Of a stretch of 64,000 bases of DNA, positions 55,628 through 64,000 are shown piece after piece. The notes below the pieces were generated by a model, which saw nothing but the letters and a program-made list of their open reading frames with translations, was not told the DNA's origin and ran no database searches. Each line of letters starts with the position of its first letter. Position 1 is the stretch's first letter. The translations under genes were made by a program, and so were the position numbers. Location: the IMG/VR virus record IMGVR_UViG_2891456851_000002, positions 2,519-66,518 of that record. The stretch is one strand, 5' to 3'. Origin of the DNA: a virus. Lineage: Duplodnaviria > Caudoviricetes.

Positions 55628-56865
55628 CAGGACACCTCCGTCAGGTCGAGGTCGTCAGCGAGCGGGGTGTGGTGCCCGTTCACGGGCTCCTGGAAGGTCG
55701 CTGACGGCGCCTTCGGGGCGTCGTGGCGCACCGCGGGCGGCCAGATCCGGACGAGGTCTTCGAGGTACGACTGGATACGGTCCGCCTTCGGCTGACCGAC
55801 CCGGAGGTCGGCCTTGATGCGCTTCACGCCGGGCACGCGGCCCTCGGAAAGCTCGTCGGCGTACCTGTTCGCAGCGACCGGGTACAGCGGGTCGGGTACG
55901 GGTCCGTTGGGCAGCGAAGGCGCAGGCTGCTCCGCGGGTACCCCGGGTACCTCGGCCTCGTCGGTGGGGTCGTCGCCGGGGGTGGGGGTACCCAGGCGGG
56001 TACCGGTACCCGCCGCGGCGGTGAGCGGGTGGTCGAGGGCCGCCCAGGGGGCGACCGCGGGCATGGTACGGAGGTCGCCGGCGGAGAACACGGCGCCGAT
56101 CTGGTCGAGCATCTGCCGCATCCTGGCTTCGTCGGAGGCGAGGGCGGCGTGTTCGACGGCACGCTCGACGGCCCGGTCCAACCGGGCGAGGGCGCGGGTC
56201 AGCTTGCCCTTGCGGGCGCCGGACTGCTCCAGCATTCGGGCGCGCTTGGCGGCCTTCGCGACCCTTGTGAGGCGGCGGTGCGCGTCGACGTCGGACGCGG
56301 TGCGGTCGGACGACTCGGCCAGGCCCAGCCGGACGAGGATTCGTTCGGGGGTGATGCGCCAGTTGATGCGCTTCTTCCCGGTGAGGCGGCGCCGCTCGAT
56401 GCTCATGCCGCGTTCCCACAGCCACGCCGCCACCAAGGGGGCGGTGAGGCGGAACACGAACTCGGCGAGCGACTCGGCTTCCAGACTCGACAGGACCGCC
56501 GACAGGGAGGTGAGGACCCACACGGCGGTGCCGTCGATGCCGGCGGAGTGGTGGTCCCGCATGTTGCGTCGGGCCCGGACCGCGGACGCCAATACGGCGA
56601 TCTCGATGAACGCGAACAGCGCGACCCGGAACTCGACGGTGACGGCGGGGAACACCTTCTCGAAGAAGTGCCACATGCCGGACATGGACACGCCGGTCGC
56701 GATGCCCGCGGCGAGGTAGGTCAACAGGTCGGCGGGGTTCGCAGTCCGCAGGGACCGTATGGCGGGGCGGAGGATCGCGAGGATCAGTCCTGCGGCGAGG
56801 ACAGCGCCTCCGGTCCACCATGCGAAAGTGGGGACGATGGTCAGCAGATTGAGCAGGGTGTCCAT
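55627..56865 (-). CDS. SpdA/DUF2637-like spread membrane protein
   Basis: Multiple TMs, coiled coil, C-terminal PGVKRIKADLRVGQPKADRI. Confidence 0.65.
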   Translation of the reverse strand: MDTLLNLLTIVPTFAWWTGGAVLAAGLILAILRPAIRSLRTANPADLLTYLAAGIATGVSMSGMWHFFEKVFPAVTVEFRVALFAFIEIAVLASAVRARRNMRDHHSAGIDGTAVWVLTSLSAVLSSLEAESLAEFVFRLTAPLVAAWLWERGMSIERRRLTGKKRINWRITPERILVRLGLAESSDRTASDVDAHRRLTRVAKAAKRARMLEQSGARKGKLTRALARLDRAVERAVEHAALASDEARMRQMLDQIGAVFSAGDLRTMPAVAPWAALDHPLTAAAGTGTRLGTPTPGDDPTDEAEVPGVPAEQPAPSLPNGPVPDPLYPVAANRYADELSEGRVPGVKRIKADLRVGQPKADRIQSYLEDLVRIWPPAVRHDAPKAPSATFQEPVNGHHTPLADDLDLTEVS

Positions 56866-57215
56866 CACGCCACCTCCTGGCGGGCGTGCCGGCGGATGGT
56901 CCGCAGCTTCTGGTACCGCTGCCAGGGGGCGAGACCGCCACGCACGCCGTGGATCCACGAGCGGGGCAGGTCGACCTCCTCGTCCAGGGCCAAGGTGAGG
57001 CACTCGGTCTTGACGGGGCATTCGGCGCACAGGTCCGCCGCGACGTACTCGTATGCCGCCTTGCGGGTCTCGTACGCCTCCTGCGATTCGGCGCCGCCCT
57101 TGCGGGGCTCGTCGGGGTGCCAGGCGTCCGGGTCGGGCGCGTCCACGCAGTCGCCGAACCAGATGAGGAGCCACCTGAGGTCGGCGGCTTCGGTCGGGGT
57201 AAGCATTGGTGTCAC
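56865..57215 (-). CDS. WhiB-family transcription factor
   Basis: C...ADLCAECPVKTECL...GVRGGL. Confidence 0.85.
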   Translation of the reverse strand: MTPMLTPTEAADLRWLLIWFGDCVDAPDPDAWHPDEPRKGGAESQEAYETRKAAYEYVAADLCAECPVKTECLTLALDEEVDLPRSWIHGVRGGLAPWQRYQKLRTIRRHARQEVA

Positions 57216-57307
57216 TCCTGATCAAGTTGGTCGGGCGTTACGTGTCCGTCCGGTGTTCGCATCCCGGGCCCCGGCTGGCGTCACCGCCTCCGGTCGGACT
57301 GGGTGGG

Positions 57308-57469
57308 TCACTTGACGACGGCGCTCACGAACGTCGCCGCGCGCTCCGCACCGGTCTGCACCGTGCCGACCGCGCCACGAACGGCGTCAGCGGCGTTGGT
57401 GGGGCGGGTGAACAGGTAGAACGCGGCGAACGCGATCGCCGCCCACTTGATCCAGCGCATGTACTGCAT
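57308..57469 (-). CDS. Small membrane peptide
   Basis: RBS GAAGGAG; WAAIAFAAFYLFTRP..AA..V. Confidence 0.6.
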   Translation of the reverse strand: MQYMRWIKWAAIAFAAFYLFTRPTNAADAVRGAVGTVQTGAERAATFVSAVVK

Positions 57470-57551
57470 CTCGGTCTCCTTCTGGGTGGTCAGGTGTTGT
57501 GATGAGGGGTGGTTCTCGGGCCGGGGATCCGGGACCCCGGCCCGAGGACCG

Positions 57552-58016
57552 TCAACAAGTGAGGGCCTCGCCCCGTACTCCGCCCGCCCACAACCGGTGC
57601 AGGCGGCGGATCGCCGCGATGTCAGCGATGTCCTTGGGGCGGCGGGCGGCTTCCTTCCACGCCAGGACGTCACCCAGGCGCATGAACGGGATGCCGTCGA
57701 TCCGGTCGGCGGTGTCGATGAGGTGGTCGGTACACCAGCCGGGGGTCCACCGGTCGACGAACTCGATTGCGTGAGTGGGGTGGTTGACCCGCCAGCCGTG
57801 CCCTGACAGGGCCGGTTCCGGCATGGCCAACGAGATGGCGACCTTCCAGGCGGCGCCGCGGGTGAGGACGTCGAGGTCGCCCATGCGGGTGCGCAACCCG
57901 CGAACGTACAGGGCGGCGGAGCCGCACACCACGTAGTTCCCGTTGGGGAGGTTCAGGCGGGCGAGCTCGGCGAACAGGCCTGCGGGGTCGGTGATGGTGA
58001 CGGTCATAGTGGGCAC
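57552..58016 (-). CDS. Nucleotidyltransferase-fold protein
   Basis: VVCGSAAL...GDLD...RPKDIADI. Confidence 0.65.
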   Translation of the reverse strand: MPTMTVTITDPAGLFAELARLNLPNGNYVVCGSAALYVRGLRTRMGDLDVLTRGAAWKVAISLAMPEPALSGHGWRVNHPTHAIEFVDRWTPGWCTDHLIDTADRIDGIPFMRLGDVLAWKEAARRPKDIADIAAIRRLHRLWAGGVRGEALTC

Positions 58017-58029
58017 CTCCTTCGCTCGG

Positions 58030-58455
58030 TTAGAGGGTGATGATCAGTGCGGTGATGAACAGCCAGCCCACGTGCCAGGACTGGTCGAGGGCGTGCGCGC
58101 CGGACCCGAGGTGGCCGGCACCGAGGCGGTAGAACTCGGCCTTGCCCAACCGGTCGGCGAGCCGCTGCAGGGTGACCCTGCGGTCGGCCCAGTAGTGCGA
58201 GGCGGCGTCCATGGCCAGCCCGGCGAGCAGCGGCAGCAGGTGCAGGGTCAGCCCGGCCGCGATGACAACCAGGGCCAGGGAGGCGGTTTTGGTCAGGGTC
58301 AGCGTGGCGACGTGCCGGGCGCAGGCGGCCCGCCCCTCCCAGCCCGGGTTGCCCTTCGCGCAGGCGTCGGCGTGGGTCTGCACCCAGATGTCACCCACCG
58401 AGTGGGCGGCGTACAGGGCCGCGAACACGGCGGCGAACGTCGCGGGGGCGGTCAC
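58030..58455 (-). CDS. DUF3307-family membrane protein
   Basis: AHSVGDIWVQT...HV..L...SHYWADRR...LDQSWH. Confidence 0.8.
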   Translation of the reverse strand: MTAPATFAAVFAALYAAHSVGDIWVQTHADACAKGNPGWEGRAACARHVATLTLTKTASLALVVIAAGLTLHLLPLLAGLAMDAASHYWADRRVTLQRLADRLGKAEFYRLGAGHLGSGAHALDQSWHVGWLFITALIITL

Positions 58456-59042
58456 CTGTCTACCTCCATCCCTGGTCACGCATTCGCCGTTCGAACCTCG
58501 CCGCCTCGCGCTGCTCCCGCTCGACCCGGCGGGCGAGGGTGGGGCATGTCGTCTCGTGCTGGGACTCGTCGGCGGGGTTGCAGACGCCGCAGCCGCGGCA
58601 GTGCGCCCCGTCTCCGCGTCCGCAGCCTTCGCACCTCATCGGGTCTCCTCGGTGCTGTCGTCGTCCACGTCGTCCCAGAGGGCGTCCAGCAGGCCGGGCA
58701 CGGCGTCGTCGCCGAAGTTCTGCCGGAGCGCCTCGACCAGGTCGGGGAGGGCGCAGTCGTGGTCGTCGGAGCGGCTCATCGGGTCCTCACTTCGGGTCGC
58801 GGCAGACGTGGGAGTCGCCGGAGTACACGGCGCCGCACTTCGGGCGGTTGCAGGTGTTCATGGGCTTGCCGGGCTTCTGCTTGCTGGCGCCGGCCGGCCA
58901 CTGGTTGGCGGTCTTCATCGGGTCACCGCCGGGCGCTCGGTCGGGAGGTCAGCGGCGTACACGCTGCTGCCGGTCTCGGGGCACCACCAGAGGACAGGGC
59001 CACCAGCGAGGGGCAGGCTGTGGCAGGAGCATGTGTGCTGCG

Positions 59043-59258
59043 TCACGACGCCGCCCCCATCTCGTCGTCCTGGTCCAGGGCGATCTCCCGGCAGGCCAGG
59101 AACAGGGAGAACTCGGGGGAGCGGAAGAACGCGAGCTGCGCCCGCTCCTCGCCCTCGGTGAGGTTGTTCAGGAACTCCGCCACGTAGGCGGCGGGCGTGG
59201 CGTCCTCGGTGAGGACAAGCGTCTCCGTACGGAAAGCGCGGGCGTTACTCTGGGACAT
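59043..59258 (-). CDS. Small hypothetical protein
   Basis: RBS GGAG. Confidence 0.5.
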   Translation of the reverse strand: MSQSNARAFRTETLVLTEDATPAAYVAEFLNNLTEGEERAQLAFFRSPEFSLFLACREIALDQDDEMGAAS

Positions 59259-59340
59259 CAGATCGTTCTCCTGTCGCTAGCAGGGCGGGCGGTTCAGAGG
59301 GTCTGTTGGTGGTGGCTCACCGGCAGGCCCTCGCTGCGTT

Positions 59341-59541
59341 TCAGGCGGTCTGGCTCGTGGCCGTGGCGGACATCAGCGTCTCCACGTCCGAAGGCCGGAA
59401 CCGGTACTCGCGGCCACCCGGCGTCTTCAGAGCCGGGATCTTGCCGGTGCGCGCCCACTCCACGACGGTCGAGACCTCGACGTCGAACAGGTGCGCCACC
59501 TCGCGGGCCTTCAGCAGGCGCTTGGACGGGGGCACGGGCAT
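59341..59541 (-). CDS. BldC/Xis-like MerR-type HTH protein
   Basis: LLKAREVAHLFDVEVSTVVEWARTGKIPALKTPGGREYRF. Confidence 0.85.
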   Translation of the reverse strand: MPVPPSKRLLKAREVAHLFDVEVSTVVEWARTGKIPALKTPGGREYRFRPSDVETLMSATATSQTA

Positions 59542-59554
59542 ACCTCCAAAACGG

Positions 59555-59707
59555 ACATACGACGGGCTAGGGCGGGCCGCGCTGTGCTTGGCTCGTATGT
59601 GATGACTGTAGCGCCTTATCGGAATCCCGACAAGGCTTTCTGTGAGGGGGTGAAGATCTGGCCTTGGTGCTTGCCGGATAAGGTGCCTGAGTGAACCGCC
59701 GATAAGG
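59555..59707. promoter_or_regulatory. Divergent control region with repeated operator half-sites
   Basis: CCTTATCGG at 59614 and CC(G)GATAAGG at 59674/59699; ACATACGA/TCGTATGT inverted pair at 59555/59593. Confidence 0.6.
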
Positions 59708-59713
59708 AGCGCC

Positions 59714-60421
59714 ATGGAAGACGTCCCCGCCCACCTGCTCATCGCAGCCGAGCTGCGCGCTCAGATCATGGCTGGCAACCTCGAACCAGGCGCACAACTG
59801 CCGAGCACTGCTCAGCTCATGGATCAGTTCGGTGCGGCTACCTCGACTGTCCAGGCCGCGCTAAGAGCGTTGAAGAAAGAAGGCTTCCTGGACAGCCATC
59901 GAGGTAAGGGCGTGTTCGTTAAGGCGAGCCCTCTTGCGGTCGTGGACGTTGCCGCCTATTACGACCCGGCATCCCGCGGCGTCACGTACAAGCTGCTCGA
60001 CGTTGCCGAGGTTCGACCTCCGGCTGATGTGGCGAGGGCGCTTGGTGAGGACCTGGCCGTCCTGCGTTATCGGCGGACTGATCGTGATGGCACGCCCGTC
60101 GAGCTGTCCTGGTCGTACTACCCGCTGAGCCTGGTGGCGGGTACGGCATTGACCGGGCGCACCAAGATTCGAGGGGGTGCGCCGGCAGTCCTCGCCGAAC
60201 TCGGGTATCCCGAGCGCGAGTTCACCGATCGCATCTCGACGCGGGCGGCGACGGCTGAGGAGATCGAACGTCTCAACATTCCGCCGGGTGTCCCTGTGCT
60301 TCGACAGTTCCGGGTCATCTACTCGGACGATGCGCGACCGGTCGAGGTGAGCGTCATCGTCAAGGCTGGCAACCGTTTCGAGCTGACGTACCGGCAGGTC
60401 ATACCGACCGAAGAGGCCTGA
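59714..60421 (+). CDS. GntR-family (HutC/UTRA) regulator, KorA/TraR-like
   Basis: IAAELRAQI..G.L.PG..LPS...L...GKGVFV plus UTRA domain. Confidence 0.9.
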   Translation: MEDVPAHLLIAAELRAQIMAGNLEPGAQLPSTAQLMDQFGAATSTVQAALRALKKEGFLDSHRGKGVFVKASPLAVVDVAAYYDPASRGVTYKLLDVAEVRPPADVARALGEDLAVLRYRRTDRDGTPVELSWSYYPLSLVAGTALTGRTKIRGGAPAVLAELGYPEREFTDRISTRAATAEEIERLNIPPGVPVLRQFRVIYSDDARPVEVSVIVKAGNRFELTYRQVIPTEEA

Positions 60422-60461
60422 TCGCTACCGATCGCTACACGGGTTCGATACTCTAGTTCGC

Positions 60462-60767
60462 ATGGAACCTTCGAGTGACCTTCTCGCCGCGATCGATGAA
60501 AGCACCCGGCGCTACCGCGAGACCGAGAAAGCCCACGAGGCATCACGACAGGCCGTCATCGCCTGCGTCATCGCCGCGCTGAAGGGCGGGGAGCGGCCCA
60601 CCGACGTGGTCCGGCACTCGCCCTTCACCGACGCCTATGTGCGCCGTATCGCCCGCCGTAAGGGTGTCGCACCCGCCCCTAGGGGAGGCGGCCCGCGCTC
60701 TGATGAAGTCGTCCGCGAGTTCGATGGGTTCGTGTACGGCAGTTCGCCGTTGACCGAACTGCCGTAG
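60462..60767 (+). CDS. Small HTH protein similar in layout to 7599-7880
   Basis: GERPTDVVRHSPFTDAYVRRIAR. Confidence 0.65.
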   Translation: MEPSSDLLAAIDESTRRYRETEKAHEASRQAVIACVIAALKGGERPTDVVRHSPFTDAYVRRIARRKGVAPAPRGGGPRSDEVVREFDGFVYGSSPLTELP

Positions 60768-61055
60768 CAAATTGCCATCCGCTTGCTACCGGCTCCCTAG
60801 CAAGTTGCTACGGCTTTGCTGTGCATCGCACCGCCGATCGGTGGTGCGAGCCGGATGCGATCGGACAGCCGATCGGAGGACTGAGTTGCCCCCAGAAAAG
60901 GACAAAGCCCGCCCCGGCCAGGGGGCGGGCTTCCAGGTCCAAGACCGCAGCACATCAACGATACGACACGGAGGACTCCGTGAGGAATCAGTGAGCCCTC
61001 CAGGAGTCCTCACGAACGCCTCCGGAGGATGTCCTGAACCTCTCCGGAGGCTTGC

Positions 61056-61841
61056 ATGATCCCGAGGGAAGAGCCTCCCGCCAAGGCGCTATACGCCGTG
61101 CGCACATCCTTCGAGTGGCTCAACACCTGGCGGTACGTCCTGGTGCAGCCTTCGGTGAAGCATGTGGGATTCGCGGCGGCCACTTTCAGCAACAGGCGCG
61201 GGCACCGCGTGTTCCCCGGCGTGAAGCGCCTGATGGTCATCACCGGTAACTCCAAGCCCAGCGTGATCAACGCTCTGGCAACCCTCCGCTGGCTGGGGTT
61301 CCTGTTCCGGGTCGAGAGCTCGTACGGCTCCGAGGGCAGGAAGGCGGACAAGTACCAGCTCAGCGTTCCGAGGTCCCTCGCGCACCTGCCGATGGCCGAC
61401 TCGAAGTCGGGGGAGCCGCCATCCATCGATGATCTCGGAGAGGTGGCCCGGCATGTGGCGGTGAGACTCGGCGTCGTGAACCGTCTCCGCCTCCCGGTGG
61501 GTCAAATGACACAACCAGTTGGTCAACTCATTGAACCCACAGAGGTTAAGTCATTTGACCAATGGTGGTTGTCTCACTTAACCCCAACAACACAGAGAAC
61601 CAACACAGGTTTTAACCACACAGATCACCAACATTCCGATCGACACGATCGGCGCGATTCTGGCGAATCGCGGCGCAAGTACGACTTCACCAACGAGGAC
61701 GATTGCTTCGACTACGTCTACGACGCCTTCGGTGACGATCTCGACCCCTTCGAAGCGTCCATGGCGGACGGCATGCTTGCGCAGGACTATCACCCGAAGG
61801 CCATCGTCAACACGATCCGGCGGAGGCGAGAGGACGCCTGA
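61056..61841 (+). CDS. HTH_36-type replication initiator-like protein
   Basis: FSNRRGHRVFPGVKRLMVITG.SKPSVINALATLR..G; AT-rich internal inverted repeat. Confidence 0.55.
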   Translation: MIPREEPPAKALYAVRTSFEWLNTWRYVLVQPSVKHVGFAAATFSNRRGHRVFPGVKRLMVITGNSKPSVINALATLRWLGFLFRVESSYGSEGRKADKYQLSVPRSLAHLPMADSKSGEPPSIDDLGEVARHVAVRLGVVNRLRLPVGQMTQPVGQLIEPTEVKSFDQWWLSHLTPTTQRTNTGFNHTDHQHSDRHDRRDSGESRRKYDFTNEDDCFDYVYDAFGDDLDPFEASMADGMLAQDYHPKAIVNTIRRRREDA

Positions 61842-61850
61842 CCGAGGGAC

Positions 61851-61975
61851 CGGAAGCACACTTCCGGGCGGAACCCTGCTTCCGGCCCTTCGGGCGGAAC
61901 TGTGCTTCCGGGCGGAAGTCCACTTCCGGTCCCTCGGAGTCCGGGCGGATTCCACCCGGACTCCGCCCGGATCTT
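61851..61975. repeat. Four tandem CGGAA-N6-TTCCG palindromes plus a further GC hairpin region
   Basis: Units start at 61851, 61869, 61895 and 61913. Confidence 0.85.
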
Positions 61976-61992
61976 CTGCCAAGCTGGTCGGC

Positions 61993-62202
61993 ATGGCCTA
62001 CATCGAGGACCGCGTCTCCACCGTCGAGACGGACATCCGCGAGATCCGCGAGGACATCGGCGTCATCAAGGCCGGGCAGACCAACCTGGAACGGTCGTTC
62101 GCGTTGATGCGGGACGACGTGGCGGAGTTGAAGGCCGGGCAGATCGAGATCCGGAACTTGCTCGCCCGGATCGTGGCGAAGCTCGACGGCGTCGCCCAGT
62201 AG
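61993..62202 (+). CDS. Small coiled-coil protein
   Basis: Regular heptads (VETDIREIREDIGVIK...). Confidence 0.65.
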   Translation: MAYIEDRVSTVETDIREIREDIGVIKAGQTNLERSFALMRDDVAELKAGQIEIRNLLARIVAKLDGVAQ

Positions 62203-62248
62203 CGGAACACCCAGAGGGCCGCCTCGCCGTAGCGGGGCGGCCCTACTG

Positions 62249-62665
62249 CTATCCGCCAGCCGGGAGCGTGCACAACGTCCCGGACGGGCTGGACCCCGAC
62301 TCCTCCCGCACCACCTGCCCGTCAACCTTGATGCGGCAGATCATCTCCGCGGCGGCGCCGTCGTTGAACACCGTGAACGTCACCTTGGGCACCTCGCCGT
62401 CGATCGACAGGGTCTCGGTGAACGGCAACGCTGTGCGGTCTTTCCGCTGGTGCCGGAACGGCGAGGTCGGGGTGGACGCCACGCTGTAGATCACGGTCCC
62501 CAGGGAGGAAGCCCCATCGCGGCTTTCGGCCTCGAACGTGATGGTGTGGTCGGCGGCCGGCTGGGTGACGGTGAGACGGGTCCGCTCGGTGGCAGGGTCT
62601 GCCTGCTCGCTGGTGCAGGCGGCGGCGGTGAGCGCAAGCAGGGCGGCGGCGAGGGGGCGGCGCAT
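62249..62665 (-). CDS. Lipoprotein with an MmpS-like domain
   Basis: Lipobox LTAAAC; LPFTETL...ICRIKVDG...LC. Confidence 0.7.
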   Translation of the reverse strand: MRRPLAAALLALTAAACTSEQADPATERTRLTVTQPAADHTITFEAESRDGASSLGTVIYSVASTPTSPFRHQRKDRTALPFTETLSIDGEVPKVTFTVFNDGAAAEMICRIKVDGQVVREESGSSPSGTLCTLPAGG

Positions 62666-62776
62666 CAGGTCTCCGGGTGCTCGGGGGTGTTCGGTAGACG
62701 GATCATGTCCCCGCAGGGGTTTACGCTGGTAGACCCGTGTGACCTGATCGTTAACGACTGGTGTGTCTAACGGACG

Positions 62777-64000
62777 ATGACCAGCCAGATCGTGGGAACG
62801 CCCGCCTACATGGCGCCCGAGCAGCTCGCGGCGGGCGAGCTCGGCTTCGCCCTCGACGTGTTCGCCTGGGCGTCCACGATCGCGTTCGCCGCCATGGGCC
62901 GTCCGCCGTTCGGCGCCGACGCCATCCCCGCCATCATCAACCGGATCCTCAACCAGGAGCCCGACCTGGAGGGGATCGAGTCGCCGCTGCGCGACCTGCT
63001 CACGGCCTGTCTCGCCAAGGACCCGGCACGGCGGCCGACGGCGCGGGAGATCGTCGACCGCCTCGTCCGCCCACGCCACGACGCCCCGGCCGTGCCGGTG
63101 GCGCCCGGGGTTCCGGGGGCACCCGCCGCGCCGGCCGGATCGGGCACGCCGGTCTCGCCCGCCGGGGGCGGTGCGCCGTACGCGCCGGGTACGCCGGGCG
63201 CGCCAGGTGTCCCGCCCGCGCCCGGCGCGCACGCCGGGCCGGGCACGCCGATGCCGCCTGCCACGGGCGACGCGCAGTCCGGGCCGATCACGGGACCTGC
63301 CACGGGACCTGCCACGGGACCTGCCACGGTGCCGGGAAGCAACAGTCGTGGGCGGGTGCGGGCCGTCGTCGCCGCCGTGGCCGTGGCGGTGGCGGCCACG
63401 GTGGCCGCCACCGTCGCGCTGCTGCCGTCCCTGCATCTGCCGTTCACCGGGACTGGCGTCTCCGCGACGGAGCGAGCGGCGGCGGTCGGCACGCCCCCGC
63501 CCGCGTCGGCGGACACCGGCGGCGGCCCGTCCCCGTCCGCGCTCGCGGTTCCGTCGCCCGTCGCCGTCTCGCGATCCGCGTCGCCCGCCGCCTCACACCC
63601 GCCGCGGGTGAGCCGGTCCACGGCCAGGCCGGCCACCACCCGGCCGGTCCCGACGCGTACGGTCACCGCACGGCCGACAGTACGCCGGTCGAAGACGACC
63701 GCGCCGGTCCCCGCGGAGTCCCCGGTGGAGAAGAAGCAGGCGAAGCCCTCGCCCACGCCCGCCCAGCGGGTAGTGGAGCTGGGACCCGGCCGGTTCACCG
63801 ACTACTGCGTGAGCCTCGGCTGGGAGTGGGTCGAGTATCGGGAGACGCCCACGCCCGGCGCGTACTGCGTCAAGCGCAAGGGCGACACCATGTATCTCTC
63901 CCAGAGCCAGCGCGACGCGGGCTGCCGCTGGCGCTACCACGACCCGAAGGCGTTCCACCGGTTCAAGGGCAAGTCGAACTACTGCTACACCTACCGCTGA
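62777..64000 (+). pseudogene. Host Ser/Thr protein kinase lacking subdomains I-VII (interrupted gene)
   Basis: Begins at TSQIVGTPAYMAPE; has DVFAW and RRPTA; no GxGxxG, HRD or DFG; in-frame TAA at 62768-62770. Confidence 0.8.

Larger units (their letters stand above)
47001..62770. mobile_element. Plasmid/AICE-like transfer and maintenance block contiguous with the prophage
   Basis: TraB-type FtsK with adjacent short repeats, Spd-like membrane genes, GntR regulator divergent from a Xis-like gene, resolvase, HTH Rep-like gene. Confidence 0.75.

Noticed and set aside
63285-63330. Short tandem repeat CACGGGACCTGC x3
   Set aside because: Encodes the low-complexity TGPA linker of the host kinase; ordinary.

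Overview
High-GC (about 70%) actinomycete sequence, almost all of it one integrated mobile region that begins left of the window. (i) 1-20 kb is a phage early/middle region: ERF-type recombinase, HNH, SNF2-like helicase, two DNA methyltransferases, a replication initiator with internal 12-bp iterons, and a DnaB-like helicase. (ii) 20.7-46.9 kb is a complete HK97-type siphovirus packaging, head, tail and lysis module, with unusual head-region cargo (a PhoD fusion) and a distorted tRNA-like element. (iii) 47-62.7 kb is a plasmid/AICE-like block: resolvase, degenerate tyrosine recombinase, HU, TraB with clt-like repeats, Spd-like, WhiB, Xis/BldC-like, GntR/KorA-like and an HTH Rep-like gene. It ends at an N-terminally truncated host Ser/Thr kinase, the likely integration site. 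The most striking signal is at 4.8-6.75 kb. An orphan RAMP/Cas7-like gene is followed by a roughly 870-bp non-CRISPR array with strict 5-nt periodicity. On the minus strand it reads GGN-NN-GGN-NN..., cut into about 24 units of mostly 28/33/38 nt by a GTC anchor. This is a candidate RNA-guided system that uses a non-contiguous dinucleotide code, and it resembles what I recall of the recently reported phage VIPR systems, which I cannot verify here. Other notable items are a dual-frame C5 methyltransferase, a 2.3-kb island with 26 CTCGAG sites, and a hairpin-punctuated array of small genes. All product calls come from motif recognition by eye; no searches were run.
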